DNA of 64,000 nucleotides from Chrysomallon squamiferum. Its lineage: Eukaryota > Animalia > Mollusca. Below are positions 51,428 through 64,000 of the stretch, in pieces (position 1 is the first letter of the stretch; every line of letters begins with the position of its first letter). The stretch lies in the NCBI GenBank assembly GCA_012295275.1, contig CM022668.1, positions 11,780,001 through 11,844,000 of the forward strand. The letters are read 5' to 3'. Below the pieces are notes generated by a model. It searched no databases. It saw only the letters and a program-made list of their open reading frames with translations, and was not told where the DNA came from. The position numbers and the translations under genes were made by a program.

Positions 51428-53007
51428 ATATGTACATATAAAAATCATTTATTTGTTCAATAATGATATATCCAGACACTGAAACCACACACAGAGGTAC
51501 ATCTGTTCATATATACAAATTATTTTAATTCATTAATCTTGCATCTATAATTTACGTTAATTTGCTCTGCTGAAATTCATTTACTCATGTGTGTGTGTGT
51601 GTGTGCATGTGTTTGTGTTTTTGTGGATATATGTTGCTTGTTTGTGTATGCATCCATGCATTTATTTTTACAATATTCACACACATGTATATACACACAC
51701 TCATTTAAGTATTTATAAATAATTTATACACAATAATGACAATAATTTTAACACAAATCTTATTAATTTATAGATGTTTGTCTACATGCCTGTATCTAAC
51801 TACAAATGTGACCTAAGTGTAATGAAAGTTAATTACACTGTCAGAGTCTGTTATACACAGCTGTTTATCTCACACTGGTGAATCTCAAATAACTGCTGTT
51901 AGACACATTTCATCTATGTTTCATGTTTAATTATATATGTCTAATATACTTCTATATATTTACATATGTGTAAGCATATATTTAACTATATGGACATTAT
52001 ATATATATATAATAGAACACATTTTAATAGAACACACATATACACATACACACAAACATACACAGAATACCAATAGATTTTCTCACATCATCCATGTTCT
52101 TTAATCATGTGTATGACATCACAGAACTGTAACATTGCAAATACTTTGAGTGTTTCTTTAACTAAATTATCTTTTCTTTTAAAAAAATTCTTTAAAATAA
52201 AAAAAAAAAAAAATAAATTTAAAAAAACAAAAACAACAACAAAAACTGAGGTATTAAAAGTGTTTAATACATTAACAAGTTCATTTTCTACTTCATGTTT
52301 TACAGGCAACTTTTCCAAATATTTTTTTAATCTAATCAAATTAAATATTTTAGCCTTCCTAAAACTTTTAACCTGAGTGGTTAAAATTTTAACCAAAAAA
52401 AAACAAAATAAAAATAAAAATAAAAAATAATTTTTTTTTATACCTGAGTCTTTCACGATGTTTTATTGATAACTCCAAGCTCATTAGATATTTAACCAAT
52501 CAGATTTAAGAAACCTAAAGTGGATGTTGCAAATTTCTGCCATTTTGTCTGAGGGACTGTGGGTACATGGTACATGTTTTTATGGGAACTCAGGTTTCAG
52601 AGTATTATCATCAGAAGGCAGCTGGTATGAAATTTCTGTAACTGTACAAGTAACATATCAGCCTCTGAATTTAATATCAGTACAGGTTATGTACCAAACT
52701 TCAGATATAACACTATATGCTATTGGATGACTGACCTGAATGAGCCAATCAGAATACAGGATACATAAAGATGGTGACATTAAAAAGGATTATGGAAAGT
52801 TTTAGTGTTTCTTGTACATAACTTAAGTACAAAAAAATATATGCTCACATCCAACTTCCTGCATGCATGCATGCACACGCACACATACATGAGCATGAAC
52901 ACACACATACACACATACACACTCATCTTTGGTCATCAGTAAAAGGGTTAATGAAGATTTGAGTGCAGACATCTTGTATGAATGTTCATTCACCAAACAA
53001 CAGGTTG

Positions 53008-63785
<10,778 letters not shown>

Positions 63786-64000
63786 CTGAAATAAATTTTC
63801 GAAAATTAATTATAATGTAAGGTTCTGTTTAATATCACTGATCAAAAATATTTATCACCAAAAAATATATTTACCACATTTCAGACAGAAAATATATCAA
63901 GTGACTATGTCAGTTGATGGTAAATCATTAACAAAATATATCATCTGCTTTTATCACCTTGACAACAGTTTTAATTTGTGTAGCAAGATAAAGTAACACA

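Overview
AT-rich, microsatellite-saturated animal genomic DNA with spliceosomal GT-AG introns. An invertebrate, probably a mollusc or other lophotrochozoan, is inferred but not proven. Nearly all ORFs in the supplied track are microsatellite artefacts. Hand-splicing gives five protein-coding genes: (1) an ADAM17/TACE-like metalloprotease (minus, 219-17765); (2) a secreted GH18 chitinase with a Ser/Thr stalk and hydrophobic tail (plus, 25305-31762); (3) a TPR + split-SET/MYND + second-MYND SMYD-like methyltransferase carrying a 1-nt frameshift (plus, 34327-37536); (4) a DegT/DnrJ/EryC1/StrS-family PLP aminotransferase ending in the peroxisomal signal AKL (plus, 42803-46418); (5) ARMC8 (minus, 53008 to beyond the window end). 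A non-autonomous hAT element with TIRs, an 8-bp TSD and an internal 42-bp array lies at 18933-20549. The most notable signals are a 6-nt microexon supplying the catalytic Glu of the ADAM17 HELGH motif (with the preceding exon not locatable), several intronic tandem arrays whose unit copies the adjacent splice junction, and an intron-containing bacterial-type aminosugar aminotransferase with a PTS1. All exon boundaries were read by eye, without transcript evidence.
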